Below, piece by piece: positions 51,244-62,800 of a stretch of 64,000 bases of DNA. The stretch comes from Podarcis pityusensis (Eukaryota): the NCBI GenBank assembly GCA_964106645.2, contig OZ067040.1; one strand, written 5' to 3'. The translations under genes were made by a program, and so were the position numbers. How positions within the stretch are numbered: the stretch's first letter is position 1; each line of letters opens with the position of its first letter. Below the pieces are notes generated by a model. That model did not search any database, was not told the DNA's origin, and worked only from the letters and a program-made list of their open reading frames with translations.

Positions 51244-54200
51244 CTGTTGCTTTTCACTTCTGCACAAATCGTGATGAAACAAGGAAGTCTCTCATTAACC
51301 ACAGTTTATCATTTTCTTCACTTTAAACCATGGTTTAATATATTCGCTGGTTCCAAAGATGACATCATGAATTTCCTGATTTGGACAAAATAGGAAACTA
51401 ATACTATGGTTAATCAGAAACTCCATGGGGGAATGGCTTGTGTGCAGAGGCAAAATATCCATGCACATTTCAGTTTAATAAGCAGGTGTATGATTGTATG
51501 AACACAGCCACACTTTAACTTCCAAAATAGTAGGGGTGCTCTTTTTTGTGTCAGCCACATGAATATGAAGACAAATATTTCCAAAAGAACACTCAAGAGA
51601 CAATCCATTGCAAACTCACAGAGCTGCCTTAGAAGCAGACCTGAGAGAAAATACAATTTATAGAAAGAATCAGAAATTAGTAGAAAGAGCTGCATGAATG
51701 GCTCCCCATGATCTGTTGTGGAGGTCAGATGTGGAAAAATTAAGCAGGAGCTACTAAGGGATAATGCAGGCAGTTTTATGGGACATGTTCTTTTTAATGC
51801 AAGAACCAAATCTGATTTTTAATTTCAATGGGAATGGCTTGGATTGTAGCAACTGGAAAAAGGAGATGTGGTATTAGATAATAGAACAGTCACCAGGAAT
51901 GTTACTATGTCAAGCATACCCACCAACACTGCTATGGTAAATATGCAAAGAAGCCCAAAGAACATCCACATGTTTGGATTGTGCCCTGGGATTGGATCTT
52001 CCCAAAAACTCCATGTTTTCACATTAGTGGAAAAATGGAAGGAGGAAAAGGCAAGGAGTAATTTTCAAAAAGATGCTGGTGCCATGCCTGATTCCCTCCC
52101 CCCTCCCAAAACAAGAGCTGCGGAAAGGGCAATGAAAGGTCCTTCTAGAATTACCCTAAGAAAGTGAATGAACAAAGTGAATGAAGAATACAGGGAAGAA
52201 GAGACCTCTAATTAATATGTGCTGGAAAGTTCTGGCATCAATTTGTTCTCAGGCAGAACATGATAGACATATAGGCAGATGAAAAGCCCAGGCGGCAATT
52301 ATATAAACACTTACAAAGAAGTAAATCCTATTGAACTCAGTGGGACTTACTTCTTAGTAGACATGTCTGGGATTGTACTGTCAGTATTTACTCTGATGCA
52401 CTCTTTAATTGATAAGGAGCTTTGGGGAGCCTCTCTGCAATACCCAACGCAACCTTAATTCCCCCAGCCTTTTCTCAAGAACAGAGAAAGCAGTGTAAAC
52501 AAACTGTGTGTTTCATTCTGTAAACAAGAAATTCTCATTAATTGGAAGCAACACAGTTCTAATTCTCCCTAAGTAACCACCCCAGACAAAAAAAACAACA
52601 AAACACGCTGTGAATATAAGCCTTCTACAGGACAAGATGCAGTGTTCACTTGGCTGGCTTCCATCTCCTTTGTTCTGTCATCCTGCAGGGGTGGCCCCAT
52701 CATGAGACATATTGAGACAGTCACCTCAAGCAGCAAATGCTAGGGGGCAGAGACAGGATGGAGCTGTGTGTGCTCTGCACTCCCTAAGATAGCCTTCAAA
52801 TGTAGTGGAGGATGGGACTTCCGGGTTGGCGCCTCTGGCAATGGCGGATTTCCTCCGATCGGAAGGAATCCGCTTCGTGGAAAAAAGGGTCTGAACCGCC
52901 ACGGCGAGGCGGAGACCCATTAAAAACCACAGGCGGGAGAAGCCTGTGGACGTGGGATTCGGCTGGCACCTTTTGCGCGCCCCCTACTCGCGGGGAGACC
53001 CGGTTTCGGGGATCCGGAGCGACGTGGGGTGAGCGGCGCGGTGCCTTGAATCGACTGCTTCTTTCACGGAGTGAAGCCACATGGCTGTTGCCGGAGAGCG
53101 CTGACTTTTTCCTGTGGACAATTGGACTCTAAACAACGACCCGTGAGTAGAATGGAAAATTGGATTAAGAAATTTCTTCTAATTTGGCACTGAAGCGGGA
53201 AGGTCTAAACAGGAAGTCAGCCTTCCGCTTTTTGTAGATAGATTAAAGCAAAGACACGGCAAGCTAGAGTTAAGAAAATCACCTGTAAAGGATCAATTTT
53301 CATCATCTAAAATTACTGAACCCCCCTTGGAAGCAGGAGAAGAGGGGTGGGGTTTTCTGGACTGTTTAAACCTGCAGAAGAGAGTGTAAAGAAAAGTAAT
53401 TTTCCACCGTCTTGAACCTGGGAGCGGGGTGTCAGGACAGACGTCCTCGGGAAGTTCATTGACTATAGACAAACGTTTTTGACAGACAGTTAAAAGAAGA
53501 GAAACATAGTGACTCCATTGTTCCCCTTCGCATCTAAAAGGAACAAAATATTGACAAAATATCTGAAAAAGGAAACTTTGCTGTTAGATCTGCTATAAAA
53601 AAAAAAAAGAGAGAGAGAGATGGATACAAATAGAAGCTTTTCCCCTAGGGGGAGCTTGTGAAACTGTTATTAAATCTGAACTGGGGAGCTTTGCAGCTGC
53701 AATAGATTAAGATCGTGGGATCAGACTTTGACCTTGCACAAGAATGTACTCGGAGGCTCTGGTGCGTGCTTTCTGCAAGACAAGTGCTTTATTGGAACAG
53801 TTACATGAGAAGACGGATTTGATGACTGTTGCGATCGGAAATTTTGGACAGGTAGTGGGTATCTATATAGAACCCACTCAGGAATTAATCCAGGAGTGTG
53901 CTCTGACAGATCAGATGAGGGAGGAGGTTGTGGCTGGACCTCGGGAGGCAGAGATGGAGGAAACTGTGGCCCAGCAGGAACATGAGTTGTTGGATCTGAC
54001 GAATGAACCTGGAAAAAGCCAGATTTGGAGAGATAGAGTTTTGCTTGGCTTGGAGATGGGGGGCTGGATAGACCCCCCTATGTTTTGACTTTTCAAGTCT
54101 GGCTTTGGGCCGGGAGGAGTTTGGAGTTGTGGGGGTCCTCAACTTTGGAGGGATTCTGAAACATGCTTTTAAATACCACATGGAGTTCAGTGTTGACTAT

Positions 54201-55564
54201 GGAAAAGGGGCTGATCTGTCGAGAAGGGACAAAAATATTGTCAAGCTGGAGTCTCCATGAGTGAAAGGAGCAGAAGACAAAGTAAAGTACAGGTATAAAT
54301 ATGAAGAAGATCTGCGGAAGGGACATGGAAGAGACTTAAGGGCCTCGGACATAAGGTTACCAGGTTAATGAACTAGATGGATGGGATAGAAAGGACTGAC
54401 AAAACCCGAGACCAGGAGGAAGAGACGTTGGATGAAGATTGGAAGAAAGTTTTAAAAATTTTACTTAGGAATGTTTTGTAAAATTAATGAGTATTAGAAA
54501 AATGTTGGAATGAAATTATTTGGCTTTAGCAGAAATGTTAAAAAGAATTATGTAAGAATATGCTAGGGTTATGAGAAATTGGTATAAATAAGATTTAAGT
54601 TTTAAGTTTTAGGGTTTTTTATGGTAAGATAAGGTTAAAATAGATTAAGGTAATTTAATGACAGATTATTATGAAAAATGGAAAGGATTTGCTGTGATAA
54701 TCAACAACTAGAATACAAAAAAGGGAGGTGTGAGGAGGTCGATGAAATAAGGTAATGACAGTTAAGGATTTGGGAATACTGGATCTGTTTTTAAATTTTT
54801 TTGGCTTATTTTTGCTTTTTGACTTTGATGTGTTATGTGTTTTGTTTTTGTTTTTTGACTTTGATTTTTATCGATTTGTATTGTTTAATTGCTATTTGTT
54901 CTTTCCTTGTTTTTTCCTTCTTTTTCTCTTTGTTTTTTTTTTGTAATTTTAAAATTCTCAATAAATATCTTAAAAAAAAAAAAAAAAACAGATGTAGTGG
55001 AGGATGCTGTCCCACTGCCCGTGTCAAAGTAAGATGAAACTCCCAGTCTCGCTGGCTTCTGTGCAAGGAATGAGGGGAGGCGTAATCTTGTCTGCCTCAG
55101 GCAGCAAAATGTCTTAAGATGGCCCTGCTGCCTTGTCTAGTTCTGGCTGCTCAAAACTAGGGTTTTAAGTAGATAGTCTTCTCCTATCCTGGTATGTCCC
55201 ACAGAGAAATAAAAACATCCTGAAGATCCCAGGCCACAGAGAGGTTAGGCTGGCCTCAACTAGAGCCAGGGCCTTCTCGGCTGCGGCTCCAATCTGGTGG
55301 AACGCTCTGTCACAAGAGACTAGGGCCCTGCGGGACCTGACATCTTTCCGCAGGGCCTGCAAGACAGAGCTGTTCCACCAGGCCTTTGGTCAGGGCGCAG
55401 CCTGACCCCCTCCTCTGGCAATCTGCACAGAATTTTGCTTAATGGTTGCCATCAATTTGATTTTAATTAATTTTATAATGAATGTTTTTAGAATGTTGGA
55501 TTATTTTGATTGTTGTTAGCCGCCTGAGCCCAGCTTCGGCTGGGGAGGGCGGGATATAAATAAA

Positions 55565-55606
<42 letters not shown>

Positions 55607-57771
55607 TGTTTATCCCTATGTTCCAGTATAGAGACCTCTAAAGTTCCACATAAGCAGGCATGTCCAAAGTCCATTTCGGGGGCCTAATCCGGCCCGCCGG
55701 TCAGTTTAATCCGGCCCCTGTGGCAGTTAACTTCAACCTGAACAACTTCAATCCTAAAAAAAAAAAGTCAGCAACTTTGGTCGGCCCCTTGGTCGGCTCT
55801 CACGGCCCTTTAAATCTGGCCCTCTTTGAAAAAAGTTTGGACACCACTGAAAGGTATGGCTCTTTTTAGAGGCTTTCCCAGTCTTTACAAACTCCAGTCA
55901 TTCTAGTTTGAAAAGAGAGACAGACATTGGCATTGTTGACAAGGGGCATTATTTCATAGCAACAAAATATTACAGTCCAAACGGAGAATTAAATATACCT
56001 GCAAAAGAGGTATATTTTCAAAGAGAATGGCTAGAATCGCAGCAGATATGAGATGCAGCATTAGAGAGCACAACCAAACAAAATGGGATGACTCCAACGC
56101 AGTAACAGACTCAATGGACACAACTCACTTAAGTCCATTGATTTCAGTGGGTCTACTCAGAGTATGACTTAGATGGATACAATTTGGTGTGTTGAGAAAT
56201 TCCCTTAGAAACAAAGGAGCATTCAGAAATGCTGCCCAGAGTGGCTGGGGCAACCCAGTCAGATGTGTGGGATTAAAATAAAATACTAATACTAATAATC
56301 AGAATGACCTTTTTAATACATCTCTTAAAAATAAATTATACCCTACCTTTTTGAAAGAGCTCAAGAATACACACAACATAATAATGTATCAATGACAAAT
56401 GATAACAATAAAAAGTAAGAATCCAAAGTTCAAAAATCAGCGAACAGCAGCCACCTGAAGTACACCCACCCACCAAATGTAAGTGTTACCAAAAGATACC
56501 ATTTCTCTCTGTGGTTAAGTATTATCTGGTCCCAAGACAGATTCATAATGTGATTCAATGGTAAAAAAAAAAAAAGGGTTCATTTTCGATTTTTAGCTAT
56601 TTCAGAAGTGTTAATTCCCCAGAAAATAGCACGTTGCACTTTGCAATGATGCTTTATGTTTCACAGCCTTGCTCTGCAAGCCCTGGAGGTGGTGTCCTCA
56701 GCCAGGTCTGCCCATGTCTTAAAAAGGAACCAAAAAGCATACAGCACTACCTGCAGGCATCAAGATATATTAGCAATCTAATTCATTCCCTGCACACTCT
56801 CAAGGGCAGCTGTAACTTGAAAGTATGCTAGCTGAGAATGTCATGAACTTTTTGAAGTATGCATTGGCAAAAAGTTAGTGGAAAGCTTCTACTGCATTCA
56901 CAGTTCCCTAAAAGGAGGTCAGGCAAGTCCATTAAAAAAAACTGCACTCCATTTCAAGCCAGGATGTTTTTGCTACTGGTGTCACTAACAGGGAGAAAAT
57001 AGTGACCCTATGAACATCAACAATCCCTTTATAATCTCTTCTGCTCCAATTATAGCTGGAAATGTTTTCCCATCTCTTTAAATTCTGCACTTAGGACCAC
57101 TGTACAATTCTGCTCATTGCTACATTTTCAGAGCCAGTAAAGAATAAAAGTTGCAGATATTGTAAGACATACAGTACAGTACTGATGGGGCAGAAAGGGA
57201 GAAAAATATGATCTTAAGAAAGTGAGGGTGATTTAAAAATTGTGGGGGTGTTTGACTATTGATTTTAAATCACGATTCCTTCCCCCATTTGTGTCCCTCC
57301 CATCCTCAAATATCCACAGTAGAAGCTTGATTACTCACACCATGACTACCTAAATACACGTTAGTGTAGTTCTATGTCAATGTAGAAAAACAGTCCGAAT
57401 TATCTAAACATCTGACTATCCTAATATTATGGACATTCTCTGCGTTGCTTATATAAATGGAGTTTAAGCTCTAATGGCTTATAAACAAAATGAAGGCCCC
57501 CAGTAATTCATAAAGCTATATGAACAGTAAGTGGAGTCTTACCTTGTGGTGTCCAAAGTCATTTAATACAGTGCCAAGCTTCTTGGTGTTGGTATGAAGC
57601 TTATGAGCCACGATCATTGGATTTGGATCCCGCCAGTCAATGGACAGGCGATGGTACCAGAGGCGCTGTCCTTTCTGAATATGTGCCAGTTTGATACTGG
57701 GGTCAAAGCGATGCACCTCACATCCACTATTGGCCATGCTGATCTCAAACTGGTTGTTGTCACTGCCCAGT
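25995..57771 (-). CDS. METTL24: METTL24 probable methyltransferase-like protein 24, last two coding exons (5' partial)
   Basis: Exon 57771-57543 splices in frame to exon 26309-25995 (...NDFGHHK|[13 protein letters not shown]...SWVNTRWK*); convergent with CDC40, as in the known vertebrate arrangement. Confidence 0.95.
30315..31098 (+). mobile_element. Solo-LTR-like element (784 bp), probably Gypsy-type, with an internal ORF
   Basis: TGTCAGGG...CCCTGACA termini; exact 5-bp TSD GATAG; AATAAA at ~31026. Confidence 0.85.
31316..31443 (-). mobile_element. LINE (L2/CR1 clade) 3' tail fragment; related + strand piece at ~56230-56295
   Basis: TTA-type tail plus ccatctggctgggtttccccagccactctg, the reverse complement of the 56230 sequence. 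Confidence 0.65.
32750..32821. repeat. Compound (CT)n(CA)n microsatellite
   Basis: Seen directly. Confidence 0.95.
33180..33360 (-). mobile_element. Squam3-like SINE
   Basis: Reverse complement of the 5500/17865 family (aggaaactgctttata...gccactgaattatggcccc). Confidence 0.65.
34590..34856 (+). mobile_element. 5'-truncated Sauria SINE
   Basis: Body matches the 16160 copy; (CCTTTA)n tail; TSD TACTTAGGATAG. Confidence 0.9.
36646..36911. mobile_element. GC-rich hAT-type MITE inserted in an older repeat
   Basis: CAGTGGCGGAGC start; exact 8-bp TSD GTCTAGTA; both flanks belong to the family seen at 37118. Confidence 0.75.
37118..37385 (-). mobile_element. Old repeat with a CR1-type 3' tail; relatives at ~36590-37100 and ~60985-61100
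   Basis: Shared ataagaacagcctgctgg...tccagcatcct...ctcacagtggcc...gcaggacctgagtgcaaca sequence. Confidence 0.6.
40578..40825. mobile_element. hAT non-autonomous element, same family as 20608
   Basis: CAGGGGTAGGCAACC / GGTTGCTGACCCCTG; exact 8-bp TSD CACTAGCC. Confidence 0.92.
41445..41659. mobile_element. Tigger/pogo-like MITE
   Basis: TIR CAGCGGTACCTCGGGTTA / TAACCCGAGGTACCACTG, TA TSD; internal repeats of gtacctc..gttaagaac. Confidence 0.9.
43704..44067. mobile_element. Tc1/mariner-type MITE (CCGTATTTTT family)
   Basis: Ends homologous to the 2080 and 48156 copies; TA flanks. Confidence 0.85.
45655..46628 (+). mobile_element. Solo-LTR-like element interrupted by a nested LTR
   Basis: TGTCA...TAACA termini; exact 5-bp TSD AATAT; AATAAA at ~46569. 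Confidence 0.8.
45999..46366 (-). mobile_element. Nested solo LTR with a 40-bp CCAAT tandem array
   Basis: TG..CA termini; 5-bp TSD GGGCA; reverse-complement homolog of 50307-50604. Confidence 0.9.
47800..48135 (+). mobile_element. Degenerate L2 3' fragment
   Basis: agggccttcttggtggtgg...gaattccctc resembles the RAFSVxAPxLWNSLP coding motif. Confidence 0.6.
48156..48414. mobile_element. Tc1/mariner-type MITE (CCGTATTTTT family)
   Basis: CCGTATTTTTTGCTCTATAAGAC / GTCTTATAGAGCGAAAAATATGG, TA TSD. Confidence 0.88.
49527..49887 (-). mobile_element. Sauria SINE (older copy)
   Basis: ggtaaag tail and ...gtttagaccacagtgccacc head in reverse orientation. Confidence 0.85.
50307..50604 (+). mobile_element. 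Solo LTR, CCAAT-array family
   Basis: TGTCATG...TTTCA termini; 5-bp TSD GGGTG; ATTGG boxes; TATATAAA at ~50507. Confidence 0.9.
51190..51242. repeat. Compound (AC)n(AG)n microsatellite
   Basis: Seen directly. Confidence 0.95.
52815..54988 (+). mobile_element. Non-autonomous L1-like retroposon, ~2.2 kb
   Basis: 15-bp TSD ATGTAGTGGAGGATG (52800-52814, 54992-55006); CpG-rich 5' end; AATAAA plus A-tail; no RT ORF. Confidence 0.85.
55205..55607 (+). mobile_element. L2 LINE 3' end with (TTA)n tail
   Basis: Encodes [56 protein letters not shown], a typical L2 ORF2 C-terminus. Confidence 0.88.
55655..55849. mobile_element. hAT-like MITE
   Basis: CAGGCATGTCCAAAG / AAAAGTTTGGACACCACTG ends; internal CCGGCCC motifs. 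Confidence 0.7.
57543..57771 (-). CDS. METTL24: METTL24 penultimate coding exon ([25 protein letters not shown]...[14 protein letters not shown])
   Basis: Minus-strand gggaag acceptor and gtaaga donor; 229 nt; ORF 57516..57845. Confidence 0.93.
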
Positions 57772-57926
57772 CTTCCCAAAGCAAACAGAAGAGGTATTGT
57801 TACTTCAAATAAAAACAAAATCTGAAGGATCGCTACTATTAACATCTTAGCGCACCTACCCCTGAAGGACTTAAGGTAGAAAACATTAATTCTTGGTAGA
57901 TGTGCGGAAGCACTAGAAAGAGCTTA

Positions 57927-58285
57927 AAGGTACCCCTGCCCGTACGGGCCAGTCGTGTCCGACTCTAGGGTTGTGCGCCCATCTCACTTAAGAGGCCGGG
58001 GGCCAGCGCTGTCCGGAGACACTTCCGGGTCACGTGGCCAGCGTGACGAAGCTGCTCTGGCGAGCCAGCACCAGTGCAGCACACGGAAACGCCATTTACC
58101 TTCCTGCTAGAAAGCGGTACCTATTTATCTACTTGCACTTAGGGGTGCTTTCGAACTGCTAGGTGGGCAGGAGCTGGGACCGAAGGACGGGAGCTCACCC
58201 CGCCGCGGGGATTCGAACCGCCGACCATGCGATCGGCAAGTCCTAGGCACTGAGGTTTTACCCACAGCGCCACCCGCGTCCCGTC
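57927..58285 (-). mobile_element. Young full-length Sauria SINE
   Basis: Exact 12-bp TSD AGAAAGAGCTTA; CpGs retained; intact B box (ggttcgaatccc on -). Confidence 0.93.
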
Positions 58286-58399
58286 AGAAAGAGCTTACAA
58301 TACCACAATTTTCAGAAAATACGTAAATAAAAACAGTAATAATAATAATAATAATAAGACTAATGAAAAACAGTCACTGCATGATTTGTCAGCCTAATT

Positions 58400-58920
58400 C
58401 TAATCAGCCCAGAAGTTTTCCTGAAAAGTGAAAAGCCAACAGTGAAGTAGAAGATACAAGGATTTGTTTAGAGAGGGCATTCCATAATCTAGGTGCTACA
58501 CTCAAAAAGGCCCTGTCGCGTTCCTGCATGTTACACTTCAGACAGTGGGGGGAAGGGGCAGTCAGCAGGGTATCAGTAGTTGACTGAAGCACCTAGGCAA
58601 ATTCATATGCAAGTTTGGGGACCTTAAGAAACCCTAGTTACAAATTATTTCGGGCCTTAATGGATATGACCAATGGATATGGCATATTTAATTGGGCTCA
58701 TAAGGAACTTAGCAGACAGCATAGTTGAAACAAAACTAGAATGATGTGCTCAGAACACATCTGCCCAGAAGTCTGTATGATGCATTCTGGAGCAGCTGGA
58801 GCTTCCAACCTCTTCAACGCAACCTTCCCATGCAGATGCTCTAATCCGGATGTAACTAAGGTATGAAAGACTATGGTTCGGTCCAATTTCTCCAGTTCGG
58901 ATGTGCATGTGCATTGCATG
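58400..58920 (-). mobile_element. Degenerate L2 fragment
   Basis: ORF remnants ERDRAFLSVAPRLWNAL and IVFHTLVTSGL. Confidence 0.75.
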
Positions 58921-59756
58921 ATGTAACTTCATTCAATGGCTGTCAGCTAAACTTGTCGACTTACTCAGTTGAAAGCCATTTTGTATGTAGCGAAACATAT
59001 CTGTAACATGTCAGGTGTTAATGGCACGTTGGCACATGCTTGTCACCAGTTAATGCTCCTGCTATCAAGGGTGAAGGCGCATGTATGAGTTTGTCCAAAC
59101 ACTGCAAGATGAATTAAACTCAGGGCATTCTCAGGGCTAAACATCACATTATATTAATCACAATTTTTTAAAGAGCATGCTTAGTGCTGATATCTTTATT
59201 TTGAAGGGGAAGTAGCTGTGGGGCCCCCATCTAGTTTCACACTCCCAATTCAGACTGAGGTCTAAAAACCAGTTGCTCATTAACTCCACACTCACCCCAC
59301 CCCACCGGGCCTCAGAACAGTTTGTAGTAAAGAAGCACCTTTGGAACCAGTAGTAACTGGGGCAATTTCAGGTGGGAAAATAGGGAACAGGAGATGGCAC
59401 CAAAGACCCATGGCTACATTTCCTTTAGCATAAACCAATAGTGTTAAGCACATTAAAAACCACAGGGCGAGGCCTTCCACACATAAGCTGAATTGTGACT
59501 GACTACTGCATATTGGCAAGTCTCTACATAGCATGATAACATAATAAATGTAGTATGGCTTAAGGTCATAAACAATGCTCTTCTGTGGGCTACACACTGA
59601 TTTTCATGCTGCTCTGATTTCTGGAAACGGAGGCAGATGGGAATCTAGAAGAAAAGTTGAGCATCCTGTTTCCACCAAGCATTCATTAGTTCCACCTAGC
59701 TTCCTCTGAAATCAATGGAGTTTAAGTCAAGTCATAATGGGGATTACATGCAGCTA

Positions 59757-59850
59757 ACAGCACAATCCTAACCATGTCTACTCAGAAGTAAGTCTTGTTG
59801 AATTCCATGGAGCTTACTTCCCAGAAAGTGGGGTTAGGATTGCAGCCTTA
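59757..59850. repeat. Short palindromic dispersed repeat; relatives at ~27125-27190 and ~52315-52380
   Basis: caatcctaacc...gaagtaagtc...gcttacttc...ggttaggattg inverted arms. Confidence 0.65.
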
Positions 59851-61469
59851 GTCTGGATCCAGCCTCATGAGTGTTCAGTAGCTAGAGGAAAATGTAAAAT
59901 GAAAGCTGTCTTACATTCATTGCTGACTGTCAATTTAAAAATGCTTAACGATTGTGTGCATAGTTAAACACCTGAGAATGCTGAAACCTGGTAAAACCTT
60001 TTGTGAGTCTGTGGTTGTTGTTTTTTTAAAAAAAAAACCAACAACACTTTCAGATGGAGCATTAATCTCTTTAATAAATTCAGAGTGCTTTTTATACTAA
60101 GCCAATTTAAAAATGATCATTCAAATTCATTGATGCATTTTGCGATATCCCAGCCAGCCAGTAACATTGCCCTCTGTACACCACAGAGTGTCACGTGCCT
60201 CCCAATGGATGGAGTAGCTAGAAAATAATCTAAAATGGGCAGCCTCCAGAGGATTTGAGCTCTGCTCCATCATGTTCATATGAAATGCTTCTGCTTTTCA
60301 TCTCAGTCCTCACAAATGCACAGACAATAACTTCATTCCTCTCAATGTTTCATGCAATACGTATTTTTCATAGGGCTGTCCTATATATACTCAAAAACAT
60401 TTGTTCTCTCTCTAGTCATCCTCTGGGAAGAAACCAGCTGGTCTTCATTTCCTCTTTCATAAATAGAAATTCATTAGATAAGAAGTGTATTTCAAGGAGA
60501 TTTTGTCTCATTCTGAACAAGATTGCTTCTCTGTGCAATCATACACCAAAGAGCAGAATTAAGTGCCAATGTTACTGAAAGATTGTAATTGGATTGGAGT
60601 CACAAGGAATTAGAATTGATTGCTATGTAATTCCTCAAGAATTGCAAACACACGCGTGCACACTTAATTTATTTGAACGTTACTAGAGTTTGTTCCTTAT
60701 TTTCATTCTGTGCTTTAGGGAGAAATCTTCAGTGCTTATATATTCCAGCAGAAGGGACTGGTTTAGTTTCCATTTTTTAAATATTTTATTTATGCAGCAA
60801 AACATTTTTTCAAAGGTCTCATTGTGCGCTTGCTTTTCTTAGGCTAGCAGAAGGCATTCTTAATGGAAGATAGATAAGGAGGCAATAATGTTCTTTGAAG
60901 TAAGGTGACAAAATTCAACATGAAATTTAAAACTGACTCAATTGAATTATTTCTACATAATCTATGTGAAATCATAAGGAGGTAAGAATAGACCTGTTGG
61001 CTCAGAGTAAAGGCCCGTCTAATCCAGCATCCTATTCTCACAGCACCCAACCAAATGCCTATGGAAAGCCCCTAAGCAGGACATGAGTGCAACAGCCCTC
61101 TCCCCATTTGTGGTTCCCTATCAACCACTTCATCAAAAGCTTTTTGAAAGTACACAGTGTCAATTGAATTGCCTCTATCCATAGGCATCTTGTTGCAAAA
61201 TGGATATGCACCAGTCTGTGCTTGAGTGGTGCAAATACCTCTGAATACACATTTGCATGACTTTTTTATTTTTTGAAAAAGTCGGCTACTTCAGCCCACA
61301 TTCTTCCAATTAATCTTGCAATGGTGTTTTTTTTAAAAGAAAAAAACCACATATATCCTGGAGCAAGATAAGCATAAGATAGCCTAGCAGATTGTGTGAA
61401 GAGCATGCCATTCACGATTGCTTCATTTGAATTTCCCCCATCATGCATCTACCTGTGCTTAAAGATCAG

Positions 61470-61800
61470 CACCTGATGCCGTCCTCTGTATGCCACCTCC
61501 AAGAGAGGTTCAGAGGGTAGCAACAAGGGAGAAGGGACTTTTTGGTTGTGGCTCCCCACTTATGGAATGCTCTCCCCAGTGACACCTGGCTGGCGCTGAC
61601 ACTGCTATCTTTTCAGCAACAAGTTAATTTTTTCATGTACCCCCAGGTATTTGGTGCTATGTGATGGGCTGTTTTTAACACTGCTTTTGCACCAGTGTTG
61701 TTTTTGTTGCTTTGTAATGGAGCTGGGGTGGTTTTAGCACTAAATGAATTGTTGCTTCTGTTGCTTTGTTTTAAATTTTGGATACCTTATATTTCTGTAA
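61470..61800 (+). mobile_element. Degenerate L2 3' fragment
   Basis: gtggctccccacttatggaatgctctcccc reads VAPHLWNALP. Confidence 0.65.
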
Positions 61801-62599
61801 GTCAACTTGGATCTCTCTGAAAAGGGCCCCTTAAGAATGTTAATTAATCATGAATAACATAAATGGATCCCCCCACTCAAATGGGAGACTTACCCCAGTG
61901 AATATAGACGGCACTGCTTTCTTTTGATTTGATGAACTAAACTGAATCGGTCATCCAAGCATATTGACCATGGCCTCCTTGAGCTGTTGGGGTTTCCTGG
62001 CAGGTTGTTCATGCTCATATGATCACATGAAATCTGTTAAAATAACAAATGTTGATTTCATTCTGTGTTACAATCTTTCTACACATCTCACATTCTGTTT
62101 GAGCAGGGAGAAGGGAGGATGAGGGAATGTCTTACAGGAAATTGTTCAACAGTTATGTGACTGACAAAGTGGGGTGAGGGAAAGGCAGCCAGGCTTAATT
62201 TATTGTTTGCTTATCTCTTGTTTGTTTGCTTTGCTAAAAGAAGGATGTGCCAGATGAAAGAAGTCAGACGGTGAGAAGAGCAAAGCAAACATTAAAAGGC
62301 AAATAATTGAATTCCAGTGAATATTATGTGCCAGATGCATTTCACCAAAAACAGCTCCCTGGACTACAAAAGACCATTTATTTTTATCCTTCAAGCCTTG
62401 GATTCGATTCCACATTTAACATTATTTAAATAATAGTAACGACCTAACTCCCACTCTTAACTTTAGGTTACTTGCCCTACAGGTCTGAAATCTGTATCTA
62501 TTGGGATCTAGCCTCCCCACTAGAACATCAAGGGGCCTCTTTGGCACAGGGAGCCTTAAACCAACTGAGGCTGCCCCAATGGGTACAACCCCTTTTGAA

Positions 62600-62800
62600 T
62601 GGACACAGCCTGGCCACAGGGACCGTTGTAGCAGCTTCCAAGTTAGATTACTGTATGCGGGGGCTGCCTTCAAAAACTGTATGGAAACCACAGTAAGTCC
62701 CAATGCAGCTATTAACAGAGACCAAGTGCTGAGATCATATCACACGAGTGCTTAATGGACTGGACTGGACCATCTCCCAGTCCATTTCCAGGAACAAATA
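62600..62800 (+). mobile_element. Degenerate L2 fragment
   Basis: SLAT...SKLDYC..GLPSKTVWK remnant in ORF 62472..62696. Confidence 0.6.

Noticed and set aside
50845-51302. ORFs with [12 protein letters not shown] runs (and FFLS runs at 19119)
   Set aside because: They are translations of microsatellites.
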